DNA of 64,000 nucleotides, taken from assembly GCA_902550285.1 (NCBI GenBank), contig CACCYQ010000002.1, positions 8,030-72,029 of the forward strand, read 5' to 3'. Position 1 is the stretch's first letter. Every line of letters starts with the position of its first letter. A program made the translations under genes and the position numbers. Below the pieces are notes generated by a model that was not told the DNA's origin, searched no databases, and saw only the letters and a list, made by a program, of their open reading frames with translations. Shown here piece after piece: positions 29,827 through 42,119 of this stretch. This stretch comes from an uncultured Pelagibacteraceae bacterium (GTDB lineage: Bacteria; Pseudomonadota; Alphaproteobacteria; Pelagibacterales; Pelagibacteraceae).

Positions 29827-32477
29827 TCTTTTTTTAATTCTGCTTGTGCAGCAGCTAATCTTGCTATTGGCACTCTATAGGGAGAACATGAAACATAATT
29901 TAATCCAGTTTTAGAACAAAAATCTATACTCTTTGGGTCGCCCCCATGTTCCCCACATATACCCAATTTAATTTTTTTGTTTTGTTTTTTTCCTTTAGAT
30001 ACGGCAATCTCAATTAAGTCTCCTACTCCATCATCTATTGATACAAAGGGGTCTATATCAAATATTTTATTTTCTATATAATCATTTAAAAATTTTCCAC
30101 TGTCGTCTCTACTGATTCCAAATGTAGTTTGAGTTAAATCATTAGTGCCAAAACTAAAAAATTCAGCATGCTTTGCAATATCTTTTGCTTTAATTGCAGC
30201 CCTTGGAAGCTCTATCATTGTGCCAACTAAAAACTCAATTTTAATTTTATTCTCTTTCTGAACTTCTTTTGCAACTCTTATTACTAGCTCTTTCATAATT
30301 TTTATTTCTGCTTCAGTAGAAACTAATGGTATCATTATTTCTGGTATAATAGATTTGTATTTCTTTTTTTTACACTCAATCAGAGCTTCAAATATAGCTC
30401 TACATTGCATTTCATAAATTTCTGGAAAAGAAATACCTAATCTGCAACCTCTGTGGCCTAGCATAGGATTGTGCTCATGTAGCTCATTTATTCTTGATTC
30501 TAATTCGTTCACTGGCAAACTTAAAGATTTTGATACATCTTCTATTTCTTTTTTATTTTTTGGAAGAAATTCATGAAGAGGCGGATCTAATAATCGCACA
30601 GTTACTGGAAGACCGTTCATTATTTTAAATATTTCTATGAAATCATTTTTTTGATGAGGCAAAAGTTTAGATAAAGCCATATATCTATCGTTTTTAGATT
30701 TCGATAATATCATCTGTCTTACATAAAGAATTCTTTCTTCGTCAAAAAACATATGCTCTGTTCTGCATAAACCTATTCCTTCTGCCCCAAATTCTCTTGC
30801 CGTCTTAGAATCTAAAGGAGTTTCGGCATTAGTTCTAATTTTTAATTTTTTAAATCCATCAGACCATTTCATTATTTTTGAAAAATCTCCTGATATTTCT
30901 GGTTTTACTGTTTTAACTTCACCGAGAATTACTCTTCCTGTAGAACCATCAATTGTAATTATATCTCCTTCTTTAATTTCAAAATCTTTTGATTTAAAAA
31001 TTTTATTTTTATAATCAATTTTTATTTCGCTAGAACCAGAAACACATGGTCTACCCATGCCTCTAGCTACTACTGCAGCATGACTTGTCATTCCTCCCCT
31101 TGCTGTTAAAATTCCTTTTGCAGAATGCATGCCGTGAATATCTTCTGGTGAAGTTTCAATTCTAACTAATATACAATTCTGCATCATATCATTTAATCTT
31201 ATTGCTTCCTCAGAGGTAAATACTACTTTTCCACTTGCAGCTCCCGGAGAAGCTGGAAGACCTGAGGCTATAACTTTAAATTTTGTATGTTCATCCAATG
31301 TTGGGTGCAAAAGTGTATCGAGAGAACTTGGATCTACTCTCAAAACTGCCTCTTTTTTTGAAATAAGTTTTTCTTTATACATATCAACGGCAATTTTTAC
31401 AGCAGATTTTGCTGTTCTTTTTCCTGATCTTGTTTGAAGCATCCATAATTTTTTATTCTCAATAGTAAATTCAACATCTTGCATATCTTTGTAATATTTT
31501 TCTAAAGTTTTTAAATTCTTTTTAAGTTCATTAAAAACTTTAGGAAATAATTCTTCCATTGATTTTTCATTTGAATTTTTACTAGCTTTTTTTGTAATGT
31601 GCTGAGGAGTTCTTGTACCAGCCACCACATCCTCACCTTGTGCATTAATTAAATATTCTCCATAAATTTCATTTATTCCATTTGAAGGATTTCTAGTAAA
31701 AACTACTCCAGTTGCAGAATCATTTCCCATGTTTCCAAAAACCATTGACTGAATATTTACTGCAGTGCCCCAATTTGAAGGTATTTGATTTATTTTCCTG
31801 TAAATTTTAGCTCTATGGCTATCCCATGAAATAAATACAGCGCTAATTGCTCCTATCAATTGTTCAATAACATTTTGTGGAAATTCTTTTTTAGTTTTAT
31901 TTTTTACTAATTCTTTAAAATCATTAATTAAACCATCCCAATCATTTTCATCTAAATCTGTATCTAATAAAACTCCTTTGGTTAATTTATAATTTTCAAT
32001 TAAATCTTCAAAATTATAAGCTTCTACACCAAGAACTACATTTGAATACATTTGAATAAATCTTCTATAACTATCTTTGGCAAACCTTGTATTCTTTGTT
32101 TTATTTGCTAATGCAATTACAGTTTGATCATTTAAACCAAGATTTAAAATAGTATCCATCATTCCTGGCATTGAAACTCGTGCTCCCGATCTAACCGAAA
32201 CTAATAAAGGATTTTTTACATCACCGAATTTTTTTCCTGTATCTTTTTCTATGATTTTTAATTCTGCTTTTATTTGATTTGTTAATGTTGAATTAAGTTT
32301 TTTTTTATTTTTATAAAATAATTCGCAAGCTACTGTAGAAATAGTAAAACCTGGAGGAACTGAAAAACCTAGTTTTCCCATTTCAGCAAGATTAGCGCCT
32401 TTTCCGCCTAAGATATATTTTGGTTTAACAAATTTCTTTGTAGCTTTAGATTTAAAATTAAATACAATTTTTTTCAC
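29823..32477 (-). CDS. ppdK: Pyruvate, phosphate dikinase
   Basis: LGGKGANL, SMPGMMDT, GGMTSHAAVVARG, GLCRTEHMF, SFGTNDLTQ. Confidence 0.97.
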   Translation of the reverse strand: MKKIVFNFKSKATKKFVKPKYILGGKGANLAEMGKLGFSVPPGFTISTVACELFYKNKKKLNSTLTNQIKAELKIIEKDTGKKFGDVKNPLLVSVRSGARVSMPGMMDTILNLGLNDQTVIALANKTKNTRFAKDSYRRFIQMYSNVVLGVEAYNFEDLIENYKLTKGVLLDTDLDENDWDGLINDFKELVKNKTKKEFPQNVIEQLIGAISAVFISWDSHRAKIYRKINQIPSNWGTAVNIQSMVFGNMGNDSATGVVFTRNPSNGINEIYGEYLINAQGEDVVAGTRTPQHITKKASKNSNEKSMEELFPKVFNELKKNLKTLEKYYKDMQDVEFTIENKKLWMLQTRSGKRTAKSAVKIAVDMYKEKLISKKEAVLRVDPSSLDTLLHPTLDEHTKFKVIASGLPASPGAASGKVVFTSEEAIRLNDMMQNCILVRIETSPEDIHGMHSAKGILTARGGMTSHAAVVARGMGRPCVSGSSEIKIDYKNKIFKSKDFEIKEGDIITIDGSTGRVILGEVKTVKPEISGDFSKIMKWSDGFKKLKIRTNAETPLDSKTAREFGAEGIGLCRTEHMFFDEERILYVRQMILSKSKNDRYMALSKLLPHQKNDFIEIFKIMNGLPVTVRLLDPPLHEFLPKNKKEIEDVSKSLSLPVNELESRINELHEHNPMLGHRGCRLGISFPEIYEMQCRAIFEALIECKKKKYKSIIPEIMIPLVSTEAEIKIMKELVIRVAKEVQKENKIKIEFLVGTMIELPRAAIKAKDIAKHAEFFSFGTNDLTQTTFGISRDDSGKFLNDYIENKIFDIDPFVSIDDGVGDLIEIAVSKGKKQNKKIKLGICGEHGGDPKSIDFCSKTGLNYVSCSPYRVPIARLAAAQAELKKD

Positions 32478-34546
32478 TAGATACTTTCAATTTTAGAAAA
32501 ATTTAAATAATTATCAAAAGTTTTACATAACATTTGTAAAAGCTCCAAGCGATTTTTTTTAATTGAAACATCCTTATCATTAACTATAACATTGTCAAAA
32601 AAATCAGAAACCTCCTTCTTTGATGAAGCTAAATTATTTAAAGTTTTTTCGTAGCTTTCTTCTTTATCTATATTAGAAAAATATTTTCTTAAATTTTGTA
32701 TTTTTTGATATAGATAATTCTCATAATCAGTTTTGAATAGAACTGGATCAGGAGAACTAGAAAGTTCAATTTTTTTGTCTTTAAGTTCATCATTTAGAAT
32801 ATTAGAAGCTCTCTTATAGCTAAACAAAAGATCATCAACAACATTTTTACTTATTAATTTATTGAGTATATTTGATTTTTTATAAATTTTTAAAATATTG
32901 TCTATGCCATAAGAAGATATAGCTGACTCAATTATATCTGATCTGATATTTTTTTCTTTCATATAATTTTTTACTCTATCAACAAAAAAAATGCTTAATT
33001 CTTTATTAACTTCTTTTGAGTTGAATTTCATTCCTTGTTGATCATATAAGGTACACGAGTAGTTAATTAACTCTTTAAGATTAAAATTTTTGTTATTTTC
33101 TATAATTAATCTCATTAGACCTAAAGCTGATCTTCTTAATGCATAAGGGTCTCTTGAGCTAGTTGGCTTTAATCCAATTCCAAAAAAACCAACTAATGTA
33201 TCCAACTTGTCACTAAAAGATAATGCTAGGCTGTATGATTTTTTTGGTATTTTACTTTCTGGCCCCAGCGGTAAATAATGTTCGCGTACTGCTAAACAAA
33301 CGTCTTTTTCAAAACCTTGTTGTTCAGCAAAATATCCACCCATTATTCCTTGCAACTCTGGAAACTCAGCAACTAAATCTGATAATAAATCTACTTTACA
33401 AATTGAAGATGCAATTTCTATTTTTTCTTTACTTATTAATAGTTCATCAGAAATTAATCCACTAAGCTTTCTAATTCTATGCACTTTATCCAAGTAGGTG
33501 CCTAAACCTTTAAAAAAATTAACATTATTAAGCTTAGATACCTGTTTGACTAAGCTTTGTGATTTATTTTTTTCCCAAAAAAATTGTGCATCATTTAATC
33601 TTGCTTCAACAACTCTTTGGTTACCATTTTTAATCAGACCTTTAATGTCCTTGATATTTGCAACAACTAAAAAATTATTTGTTAAATTATTTTTATTGTC
33701 AAAGGTAGGAAAATATTTTTGATGATGTTTCATAGTAGTAATTAATATTTCATTGGGAATTGATAAAAATGTTGTATTAAACTGGCATAATATTATGTTT
33801 GGAGATTCAACTAAATTAGTAACCTCGTTTAATAACTTTTCGTCTGTTTCAATTGTTAGTCCTTTTTTTTTTGAAATCTTATTTAATTGATTTTCAATAG
33901 ATTTTTTTCTTAAATTGTGATTAAGAATTACTCCTGTTTTTTTAAAATAGGCATTGTATTCTTTAAAATTAGTAAATTTTTTAGTTTTATCCTCAAATTC
34001 TTTATCTAGATAAGTAAAATAAGAGCTTTCCAAATGGTGAAATTTAAATTTTATCAAAGAACCACCAAATACAGCCAATATAGACTTTAATGGTCTTCCC
34101 CAGTACAGTTCATTTTCACCCCATTTCATAGATTTTTTCCAAGATATTTTTTCTAAAATAGAAGCTAAGTTTTCTTGAAATAAATCAATAGTTTTAATTT
34201 TATTTGAGAAAGTTTTAAAAAAATAAAAAGTACCTTTTTCTGTTTCTTTTTTATATATATTTTTTTGATTTATTTCATTTGACTTTACAAATCCATCCAA
34301 AGCTTCTTTGGGAGCATTTATATTTGGGCCTCTGATTTCCTTGGACTCTTTAACTACATTAGGTTCAATATTTTTAAAATAAATTACAAGTCTATTAGGA
34401 GTGGAATAGCTTTCAGATTCTCCTTTATAAGAAATATTTTCTTTATCCAAAAATTTTTTTATATTTAATATTAAATTTTCTCTAGCGTTAACTTGTAAAT
34501 TTGTAGGAATTTCTTCAGTAAACAGTTCTAAAAACAATTCTGACAT
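32477..34546 (-). CDS. glyS: Glycine--tRNA ligase beta subunit
   Basis: LELFTEEIP, TPNRL, EFPELQG, SRDPYALRR. Confidence 0.95.
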   Translation of the reverse strand: MSELFLELFTEEIPTNLQVNARENLILNIKKFLDKENISYKGESESYSTPNRLVIYFKNIEPNVVKESKEIRGPNINAPKEALDGFVKSNEINQKNIYKKETEKGTFYFFKTFSNKIKTIDLFQENLASILEKISWKKSMKWGENELYWGRPLKSILAVFGGSLIKFKFHHLESSYFTYLDKEFEDKTKKFTNFKEYNAYFKKTGVILNHNLRKKSIENQLNKISKKKGLTIETDEKLLNEVTNLVESPNIILCQFNTTFLSIPNEILITTMKHHQKYFPTFDNKNNLTNNFLVVANIKDIKGLIKNGNQRVVEARLNDAQFFWEKNKSQSLVKQVSKLNNVNFFKGLGTYLDKVHRIRKLSGLISDELLISKEKIEIASSICKVDLLSDLVAEFPELQGIMGGYFAEQQGFEKDVCLAVREHYLPLGPESKIPKKSYSLALSFSDKLDTLVGFFGIGLKPTSSRDPYALRRSALGLMRLIIENNKNFNLKELINYSCTLYDQQGMKFNSKEVNKELSIFFVDRVKNYMKEKNIRSDIIESAISSYGIDNILKIYKKSNILNKLISKNVVDDLLFSYKRASNILNDELKDKKIELSSSPDPVLFKTDYENYLYQKIQNLRKYFSNIDKEESYEKTLNNLASSKKEVSDFFDNVIVNDKDVSIKKNRLELLQMLCKTFDNYLNFSKIESI

Positions 34547-34548
34547 TT

Positions 34549-35427
34549 TTAATTTTGACTATTTACCCAAATTTGACCAATTGATTTTGTTAGTTCCCTT
34601 ATTTTTGAAATATATTCTGCCCTTTGTGCAACACTTATTGCTCCTCTAGCATCTAATAAATTAAATACGTGACTAGCTTTTAAACATTGATCATACGCAG
34701 GTAAAGAAAGATTTTTTTCAACTAATAATTTTGCTTCTTTTTCTACAATTTCAAAGACTTTAAAAAGATTTTCTATATTTGCATATTCGAAATTATAAGC
34801 TGAGAATTCTTTTTCTGCTTGATGGAATACTTCTTTATATAAAACTCCTTCATTATTCCAAACTAAATCAAATACATTTTTCTTTTCTTGAGTAAACATA
34901 CATATTCTTTCAAGTCCATAAGTTAGTTCAACAGATATTGGTTTACACTCTATACCAGCCATCTGTTGAAAATATGTAAATTGAGTAATTTCCATACCGT
35001 CACACCACACTTCCCAGCCCAAACCTGCTGCACCTAATGTGGGACTTTCCCAGTCATCCTCTACAAATCTAATATCATGTTCTTGATGTTTTATTCCAAT
35101 AACGCTCAAGCTATTTAAATACAATTTTTTAATATTTTTAGGAGAAGGTTTAATTAAGACTTGAAATTGATAATAGTGCTGAAGTCTGTTTGGATTATCT
35201 CCGTATCTTCCATCCGTAGGTCTTCTTGATGGCTGGACATATGCTGTTTTCCATGGCTTGGATCCTAAAGATCTTAATGTAGTAGCAGGATGAAAAGTTC
35301 CAGCCCCAACTTCCATATCGTAAGGTTGTAAAATTATACAGCCATTTTTACTCCAGTATCTTTGAAGATTTAATATAGTGTCTTGAAAAGTTTGAATTTT
35401 TTTTTTTGTTTTTTTTTTAGAGGCCAT
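34549..35427 (-). CDS. glyQ: Glycine--tRNA ligase alpha subunit
   Basis: [34 protein letters not shown]. Confidence 0.97.
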   Translation of the reverse strand: MASKKKTKKKIQTFQDTILNLQRYWSKNGCIILQPYDMEVGAGTFHPATTLRSLGSKPWKTAYVQPSRRPTDGRYGDNPNRLQHYYQFQVLIKPSPKNIKKLYLNSLSVIGIKHQEHDIRFVEDDWESPTLGAAGLGWEVWCDGMEITQFTYFQQMAGIECKPISVELTYGLERICMFTQEKKNVFDLVWNNEGVLYKEVFHQAEKEFSAYNFEYANIENLFKVFEIVEKEAKLLVEKNLSLPAYDQCLKASHVFNLLDARGAISVAQRAEYISKIRELTKSIGQIWVNSQN

Positions 35428-36226
35428 ATCTTTGCCAAATAGATCTTTCTTCTAAAATACTAATCAATTGATCTGCATTATTTTCTGATGATGATAATCT
35501 TTTAGCTAGCCAACCTTTTGATTTTTCAAATTTTTTAATAACAACATTTTCTCCAAATTTTTCTTTTAGTATTTGATCTGCATTGCCAATTCCATCTACT
35601 AGACCTAGTTCTTTTGATTTTTTTCCCGACCAAAATTCTCCAGAAAATAATTCAATTCCTGAATCTTTTTTTAATTTAGTTGATCTACTTTTTTCAACAA
35701 CTTCTATAAAATCTTTGTGTAAATCTAACTGTATATTTTTTAACCTTTCTATATCTTCTTGCTTCTCTTCCATAAACGGGTCTAATGTACTTTTGTTTTT
35801 TCCAGCTGTATAAACTCTCCTTTGAACTCCGATTTTTTTTATCAATTCTTTAAAACCAAAAGAAGAATAAATAACCCCTATAGAACCAACTATTGAGCTT
35901 TGATTTGCATAAATTTCATCTCCCGCACAAGCAATTAAATATCCACCAGATGCAGCAACATCCTCGGCAAAAACTATAACTTTTTTCTTATTCTTTTTAG
36001 CTTGCTGTCTTATTAAATCGTGTATTAAATGAGATTGAACAGGTGACCCGCCAGGGGAATTTATTGATATAGCTATTGCAGAAGCTTTTTTAATTGAAAA
36101 AGCTTTTTTTATTATTTCTTCTTGTCCTGCAAAATCTATTCCCTGTTTAAACTTTCCAACATTCCCTATAACTCCATTTAGCTTTATATGGGGAATAATT
36201 TTTTTTTTTTTGAAAAATGAAATCAT
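35417..36226 (-). CDS. S49 family peptidase (SppA/SohB-like)
   Basis: [24 protein letters not shown]. Confidence 0.92.
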   Translation of the reverse strand: MISFFKKKKIIPHIKLNGVIGNVGKFKQGIDFAGQEEIIKKAFSIKKASAIAISINSPGGSPVQSHLIHDLIRQQAKKNKKKVIVFAEDVAASGGYLIACAGDEIYANQSSIVGSIGVIYSSFGFKELIKKIGVQRRVYTAGKNKSTLDPFMEEKQEDIERLKNIQLDLHKDFIEVVEKSRSTKLKKDSGIELFSGEFWSGKKSKELGLVDGIGNADQILKEKFGENVVIKKFEKSKGWLAKRLSSSENNADQLISILEERSIWQRYGL

Positions 36227-36335
36227 ACTAATGGTTATAAAATTTTTGGTTTAATATAAAGTCTCTTTATAGTTGTAGTTTTGGGTGCGTCAATTGATAA
36301 GTATAATATTGTGTCAATTGTACTAACTTATTTAT

Positions 36336-37349
36336 ATGGGAACAGTTGTTCAGTTAAAAAATCGAATAAATAATTCATATCTGGAGCTCAAAAATTCTGT
36401 AGATGAAAAGCTGATTTTAGTTGAAGAAAAAATCAAAACAAAATTATTAAGCAAAGTAGAGTTGGTAGATGAAATGACAAAATATCATCTTAGAACAGGA
36501 GGTAAAAGATTAAGAGCATTACTTACTCTTCTTTCGGCAAAAATTTGTGGATACACAAAAGGATCAAGAGATATTAACCTGGCAGCTTGTGTTGAATTAA
36601 TACATGCCGCGACTTTGATGCATGATGATGTTATTGATAAAGGAGAAACTAGAAGAGGAAAAAAAACTTTAAATCATATTTGGGGAAACAAATCATCAAT
36701 TTTAGTTGGAGATTATTTGTTAAGCAGATGTTTTGAAATGATGGTTGAAGATGGAAACAATGAAGTTTTAAAACTTCTTTCATCTACCTCCGCTGAAATC
36801 TCCCAAGGAGAAGTGTTGCAACTACAATATGAGAGTGAAATTGATATGCTGGAAGAAACATATTTAAAAATTATTTCAGCTAAAACTGCTTCTTTGTTTG
36901 CTGCTGCAACTAAAGTTGGATCAATAATAGCAAATAAAGAAAATAAAATTAAAGATGCTTTAGAGTTTTATGGAAAAAATTTAGGTTTAACATTTCAAAT
37001 AGCCGATGATACCTTGGATTATAACTCCGAATTAAAATTATTTGGCAAAGATATTGGAAAAGATTTTTATGAAGGAAAAATAACGCTACCTGTAATACTT
37101 CTATATCAAAAATCAAAAATTGATGAAAAAAAAAAATTAAAAGAAATATTTAAAAAAAAAGAAAGATCAGAAGAAGAATTTGAAATTGTTTTATCAATGA
37201 TTAAAAAATATAATATAGTTTTTGAATGCCATAGAAAAGCTGAACATTTTATAAATCTTGCTTCAAACTCATTAAGTGTGTTCGATCTAACAAAAGAAAA
37301 AGAGATACTTCAAAATTTAACATCTTTTAGTTTAGAAAGAAATTTTTAA
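36336..37349 (+). CDS. ispB: Long-chain polyprenyl diphosphate synthase
   Basis: GGKRLR, IHAATLMHDDVID..RRG, FQIADD, EGKITLP. Confidence 0.88.
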   Translation: MGTVVQLKNRINNSYLELKNSVDEKLILVEEKIKTKLLSKVELVDEMTKYHLRTGGKRLRALLTLLSAKICGYTKGSRDINLAACVELIHAATLMHDDVIDKGETRRGKKTLNHIWGNKSSILVGDYLLSRCFEMMVEDGNNEVLKLLSSTSAEISQGEVLQLQYESEIDMLEETYLKIISAKTASLFAAATKVGSIIANKENKIKDALEFYGKNLGLTFQIADDTLDYNSELKLFGKDIGKDFYEGKITLPVILLYQKSKIDEKKKLKEIFKKKERSEEEFEIVLSMIKKYNIVFECHRKAEHFINLASNSLSVFDLTKEKEILQNLTSFSLERNF

Positions 37350-37972
37350 GGGTTTAGTAAAAATTTTTCCCAATTTCCATTATCTTTTTTAATATATTTT
37401 AATCTTTGATGAATTCTATCTTCACCATCAAGCCAAAACTCTATACTGCCAGGATTTAAGTTCCATCCTGACCAGTAATCTGGTCTTGGAACATTATTTT
37501 CATCCTGGTATTTTTTTTTATAATCTTCAATTGATTTATATAACTCATCTCTATTTTTCAAAATTGAACTTTGATTAGAAGCCCATGCACCAATCCTACT
37601 ACCATAAGATCTTGTTGCATAATATTCGTCAGCTTCTTTATCTGGAACTTTTAAAATTTTCCCTGAAATTCTAATTTGTCTTAAAAGACTCTTCCAATGA
37701 AAGCATAAGGCTGCATTTGGATTATTTTTTAGGTCATTACTTTTTTTACTATTAAAATTTGTGTAAAAAACAAAACCTCTGTTGCTAAAGTTTTTTAATA
37801 AAACCATTCTTACATCTGGGAAACCTTTTTTATCTGCCGTAGCTAAAGCTATTGCGTTCGGATCATTAATCTCTGTTTTTTTGGCTTCAATAAACCACTC
37901 TTTAAAAAGAATTATTGGATCAGCAAGATCCTTAAAGCATTTATCTAGTCCAAGTGAGTTTTTTTGATTCAT
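37346..37972 (-). CDS. pdxH: Pyridoxine/pyridoxamine 5'-phosphate oxidase
   Basis: [27 protein letters not shown]...RIH. Confidence 0.94.
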   Translation of the reverse strand: MNQKNSLGLDKCFKDLADPIILFKEWFIEAKKTEINDPNAIALATADKKGFPDVRMVLLKNFSNRGFVFYTNFNSKKSNDLKNNPNAALCFHWKSLLRQIRISGKILKVPDKEADEYYATRSYGSRIGAWASNQSSILKNRDELYKSIEDYKKKYQDENNVPRPDYWSGWNLNPGSIEFWLDGEDRIHQRLKYIKKDNGNWEKFLLNP

Positions 37973-38005
37973 AATTTCAACAAAATAACTTATATAATAT
38001 ATTTA

Positions 38006-39091
38006 ATGTCATTTAATACTTTTGGAAAGTTATTTCGATTCACAACTTGGGGGGAATCTCATGGGCCCGCCATAGGATGTGTAGTTGATGGTTGCCCTCC
38101 TAATATAAAGATTAAGGAAAATGACATCCAGATTGAGCTTAACAAAAGAAAACCAGGACAATCAAAATTTACAACTCAAAGAAAAGAGGATGATAAAGTA
38201 AATATCTTATCTGGAATTTTTGAAGGTAAAACTACGGGTACGCCAATATCAATGGTTATTTATAATAAAGACATGAGATCTAGAGATTATGAAACTATAA
38301 AAAATAAATTTAGACCAGGTCATGCTGATTACACATATTTTAAAAAATATGGAATCAGAGATTATAAAGGTGGTGGAAGACAATCAGCTAGAGAAACTGC
38401 TGCAAGAGTAGCTGCTGGCGCTATAGCGAAGAAAGTTTTGGAAAATAAAATAGGAAAAAAATATAAAGTAAAGGGAGCAGTAACTCAACTCGGAATACTT
38501 GGTTGTGATCCTAAAAAATGGAACGACAAATTTATTGACAAAAATCCTTTCTTTTGTCCAGATAAATCTATAATAAAATTGTGGGAAAAATATTTACTAG
38601 CAATTAGAAAAGCTGGTTCTTCATGTGGTGCAGTGATTGAGGTTAGAGCCAGAGGAATACCAGTGGGCTTAGGAGCGCCAATTTATTCTAAATTGGACAT
38701 GGATTTAGCATCTGCAATGATGAGTATTAATGCTGTTAAAGGAGTAAATGTCGGTTCAGGAATGAATTCCGCTCAGCTAACTGGAGAACAAAACTCTGAT
38801 GAAATTATTAAAAAAGGTAAAAAAATAAAATTTATATCAAATAACGCAGGTGGAATACTTGGTGGTATTTCTAGTGGACAAGAAGTTATAATATCTTTCG
38901 CAGTAAAACCCACTTCTTCAATCTTAAATTCAAGAAAAACAATAGACAAGTATGGAAAAAATACAAATATATCAGTAAAAGGAAGACACGACCCATGTGT
39001 AGGTATTAGAGCAGTGCCAATAGGTGAAGCAATGATGCACTGTGTTATTTTGGATCATTACTTAATGAACAAAGCTCAATGCCAAAACTAA
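38006..39091 (+). CDS. aroC: Chorismate synthase
   Basis: [27 protein letters not shown]; start MSFNTFG at 38006. Confidence 0.96.
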   Translation: MSFNTFGKLFRFTTWGESHGPAIGCVVDGCPPNIKIKENDIQIELNKRKPGQSKFTTQRKEDDKVNILSGIFEGKTTGTPISMVIYNKDMRSRDYETIKNKFRPGHADYTYFKKYGIRDYKGGGRQSARETAARVAAGAIAKKVLENKIGKKYKVKGAVTQLGILGCDPKKWNDKFIDKNPFFCPDKSIIKLWEKYLLAIRKAGSSCGAVIEVRARGIPVGLGAPIYSKLDMDLASAMMSINAVKGVNVGSGMNSAQLTGEQNSDEIIKKGKKIKFISNNAGGILGGISSGQEVIISFAVKPTSSILNSRKTIDKYGKNTNISVKGRHDPCVGIRAVPIGEAMMHCVILDHYLMNKAQCQN

Positions 39092-41001
39092 TTTTTTTTT
39101 TGCAAAATAATATTTGAATTTAATAAATCAATTACCTTTAATTCTATTCCCTTTGAGTCTAAGCCTGCATGTTTATACATTAAGTCTGGTTTATCTTGAT
39201 CTATAAATTTATCTGGTAAGATCATTGATCTAAACTTTAAACTTCCATTTAGTAGATTGTTTTCTGAGAGGTAATGACTTACATGAGATCCAAATCCCCC
39301 AATGGATCCCTCTTCAATTGTAATTATTGACTCGTGATTTGTGGCTGCTTGCCATATAAGATTTTCATCTAATGGTTTAACAAATCTAGCGTCAATAATG
39401 GTTGGATATATTCCTTTTTTACTTAAACTTTCTTCAGCAATTAAACATTCTTGTAATCTTGCACCAAAATTAATAATTGCAATGTTTTTTCCTTCTTTAA
39501 TCACTCTACCTTTTCCAATTTGAATTTTTTCATTTATATTTGGTAATTCAATCCCGACTCCATTTCCTCTTGGATATCTAAATGCAGATGGTCTATCGTT
39601 AATATATACCGAAGTATTTATCATTCTTACTAATTCTGCTTCATCACTTGCTGCCATCACAACAAAATTTGGAAGAGTAGATAAGTAAGTAATATCAAAA
39701 GAACCTGCGTGAGTTGGGCCATCAGCTCCAACTAGGCCTGCTCTATCTATTGCAAATCTCACTGGTAAACTTTGAATAGCTATATCATGAACTACTTGGT
39801 CGTAAGCTCTTTGTAAAAATGTTGAATAAATAGCAGCATATGGTTTATATCCTTCAGTTGCCAAACCTCCGGCAAAAGTAACAGCGTGTTGTTCAGCAAT
39901 TCCCACATCATACATTCTATTAGGAAATTTTTTTCCGAATAAATCCATGCCTGTTCCTGACGGCATTGCTGCCGTTATACCTATAATTTTACTATCGTTT
40001 TCCGCATGTTTAATAAGAGTATTCGCAAAAACTTTTGTATAAGAAGGTGTGTTTGATTTTGATTTTTCTTGTTCTCCTGTTTGCACATTAAATTTAGAGA
40101 CTCCATGAAACTTGTCTTCAGATTTTTCTGCAAATTTATACCCTTTTCCCTTCTTGGTTTTTATGTGAATCATTATTGGTCCATTATAATTTGACTCTTT
40201 GGCATTTCCCAATACTGACATCAATGTATCTAGATCATGCCCATCAATTGGGCCAATGTAATAAAAACCTAGAGAATTAAATAATGTACCACCAGTAACA
40301 GCAGATCTTAAAAAATCTTCTGCTTTAGCTGCTTTGCTGCTAAATCTTTTTGAAAAAGCTGAAGTAATTAATTTGATTGTTTCCCTTAAACTAAAATAAA
40401 TTTTTCCTGATAACATTTTTGCCAAATAAGTTCTCATTGCACCAACTGGTTTTGCTATTGACATGTCATTATCGTTTAAAACCACAATTAATTTTGTTTT
40501 GTTGTATCCAGCATTGTTCATTGCTTCATAAGCCATGCCTGCGCTTATTGCCCCATCTCCTATTACAGCAACTACATTATTAGAATTTTTTGAAAGTTTA
40601 TTTGCAACTGCAATTCCAAGTGCAGAAGATATAGAAGTAGAACTATGGGCGGCACCAAAAGGATCATATTCACTTTCAGATCTTTTTGTAAAGCCTGAAA
40701 GACCTTCGCCTTTTCTTAAAGTTCTAATTTTATCTTTTCTGCCAGTTAAAATTTTGTGTGGATAAGTTTGATGCCCTACATCCCAAACAATTTTATCGTT
40801 TGGGGCATCAAAAATATAATGAAGTGCAACAGTTAATTCAACGACACCTAGGCCTGCTCCAAGATGTCCTCCTGTTTCTGAAACAGCATCTATCATCTCT
40901 GTTCTAACTTCCTCAGCTAAAATTTTTAATTCTGTATTAGAGAAATTTTTTATATCAGATGGAAAATTTACTTTATCTAAATAAATATATTTTTTTTTCA
41001 T
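39088..41001 (-). CDS. dxs: 1-deoxy-D-xylulose-5-phosphate synthase
   Basis: GGHLG, WDVGHQ, IGDGA...[22 protein letters not shown]. Confidence 0.97.
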   Translation of the reverse strand: MKKKYIYLDKVNFPSDIKNFSNTELKILAEEVRTEMIDAVSETGGHLGAGLGVVELTVALHYIFDAPNDKIVWDVGHQTYPHKILTGRKDKIRTLRKGEGLSGFTKRSESEYDPFGAAHSSTSISSALGIAVANKLSKNSNNVVAVIGDGAISAGMAYEAMNNAGYNKTKLIVVLNDNDMSIAKPVGAMRTYLAKMLSGKIYFSLRETIKLITSAFSKRFSSKAAKAEDFLRSAVTGGTLFNSLGFYYIGPIDGHDLDTLMSVLGNAKESNYNGPIMIHIKTKKGKGYKFAEKSEDKFHGVSKFNVQTGEQEKSKSNTPSYTKVFANTLIKHAENDSKIIGITAAMPSGTGMDLFGKKFPNRMYDVGIAEQHAVTFAGGLATEGYKPYAAIYSTFLQRAYDQVVHDIAIQSLPVRFAIDRAGLVGADGPTHAGSFDITYLSTLPNFVVMAASDEAELVRMINTSVYINDRPSAFRYPRGNGVGIELPNINEKIQIGKGRVIKEGKNIAIINFGARLQECLIAEESLSKKGIYPTIIDARFVKPLDENLIWQAATNHESIITIEEGSIGGFGSHVSHYLSENNLLNGSLKFRSMILPDKFIDQDKPDLMYKHAGLDSKGIELKVIDLLNSNIILQKKN

Positions 41002-41867
41002 TTTTCTCTATTAGTTATAAAATTTATTGTTTCTTTTAAACTCTCAGCTTTTTTTCCAAATTTATTTAATTTATTAAATATTTTATTTTTTAAATCGTTA
41101 ACATATACAAGGGTGTCGTTATAACCAAGAAAATTAATAAGTGTTGCTTTACCTTTTTTTAAATCTTTTTTTGTTTTTTTTCCTGCTATTTTTGAACTAC
41201 CTCTATAATCAATTAAATCATCAACAATTTGAAAAAGTAAACCTATATCACTTCCTAATTTTTTGAAGGTATTTATTTGTTTATACTTTTTAGAAATTAA
41301 TACTGGAGCAACACAACAAAAAATAAACAGTTTGGCTGTTTTTTTTATTTGCATTCTAATGATATTATTCAGAGGTATTTTTTTTTTTTCAAAATTTAAA
41401 TCTAAATATTGCCCCCCTGCAATTCCAGAATGGCCTGAAAATTCAGAAATAATATTAATAAGTTTTACTTTAATATCATTTTTTAATTTTAGTTTTTTAT
41501 CACTTAAAATTTCAAATGCTAAAGTAAGTAAAGAATTTCCAGCAAGCACTGCTGTTGCTTCTCCAAATTTTTTATGGGTAGATAATTTTCCTCTTCTTAA
41601 ATCATCATCATCCATACACGGCAAATCATCGTGTATTAAAGAATATGCATGTATACATTCAACTGCAGCACCAATTTGAATAAGGCTTTTATCCTTTATC
41701 CTAAATATTTTTCCTACATCTATTAATATTTTAGACCTAACTTTTTTTCCACCTGGTAACAAACCATATTTCATTGGCTTCATAAGCTCAGTATTTTTTT
41801 GATTTTTTAAATAATTAGTTAAATAAATATTTGTTTGTTTTGCAATTTTATTTAATTTTTTTAACAT
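40998..41867 (-). CDS. ispA: Farnesyl diphosphate synthase (geranyltranstransferase)
   Basis: [33 protein letters not shown]; directly upstream of dxs. Confidence 0.93.
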   Translation of the reverse strand: MLKKLNKIAKQTNIYLTNYLKNQKNTELMKPMKYGLLPGGKKVRSKILIDVGKIFRIKDKSLIQIGAAVECIHAYSLIHDDLPCMDDDDLRRGKLSTHKKFGEATAVLAGNSLLTLAFEILSDKKLKLKNDIKVKLINIISEFSGHSGIAGGQYLDLNFEKKKIPLNNIIRMQIKKTAKLFIFCCVAPVLISKKYKQINTFKKLGSDIGLLFQIVDDLIDYRGSSKIAGKKTKKDLKKGKATLINFLGYNDTLVYVNDLKNKIFNKLNKFGKKAESLKETINFITNREK

Positions 41868-42099
41868 TTTTATTGACTATTTTTTTTATCTTTTCTTTTG
41901 CTTCATTTGAAATTTGTCTAGAGGTAATTTGAAATTTTTTTTCAATTATATTATTTAATTTTATCAATCTTTTATAATCCTCAGTTAATTCTTCCAAGTT
42001 TTTTTCACTTTCAAGTTTTTCAATTATTTTATTTGCTTGATATTTAAGCTCATCCAATGTCTTAAAATTAATATCATCTGGCAAAATTTTATCTTTCAT
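41848..42099 (-). CDS. xseB: Probable divergent exodeoxyribonuclease VII small subunit
   Basis: 83-aa helical protein (IIEKLES..LEE) in the conserved xseB-ispA-dxs order; start MKDKIL at 42099. Confidence 0.6.
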   Translation of the reverse strand: MKDKILPDDINFKTLDELKYQANKIIEKLESEKNLEELTEDYKRLIKLNNIIEKKFQITSRQISNEAKEKIKKIVNKNVKKIK

Positions 42100-42119
42100 A
42101 TAATAGTTGCTATTATTAC

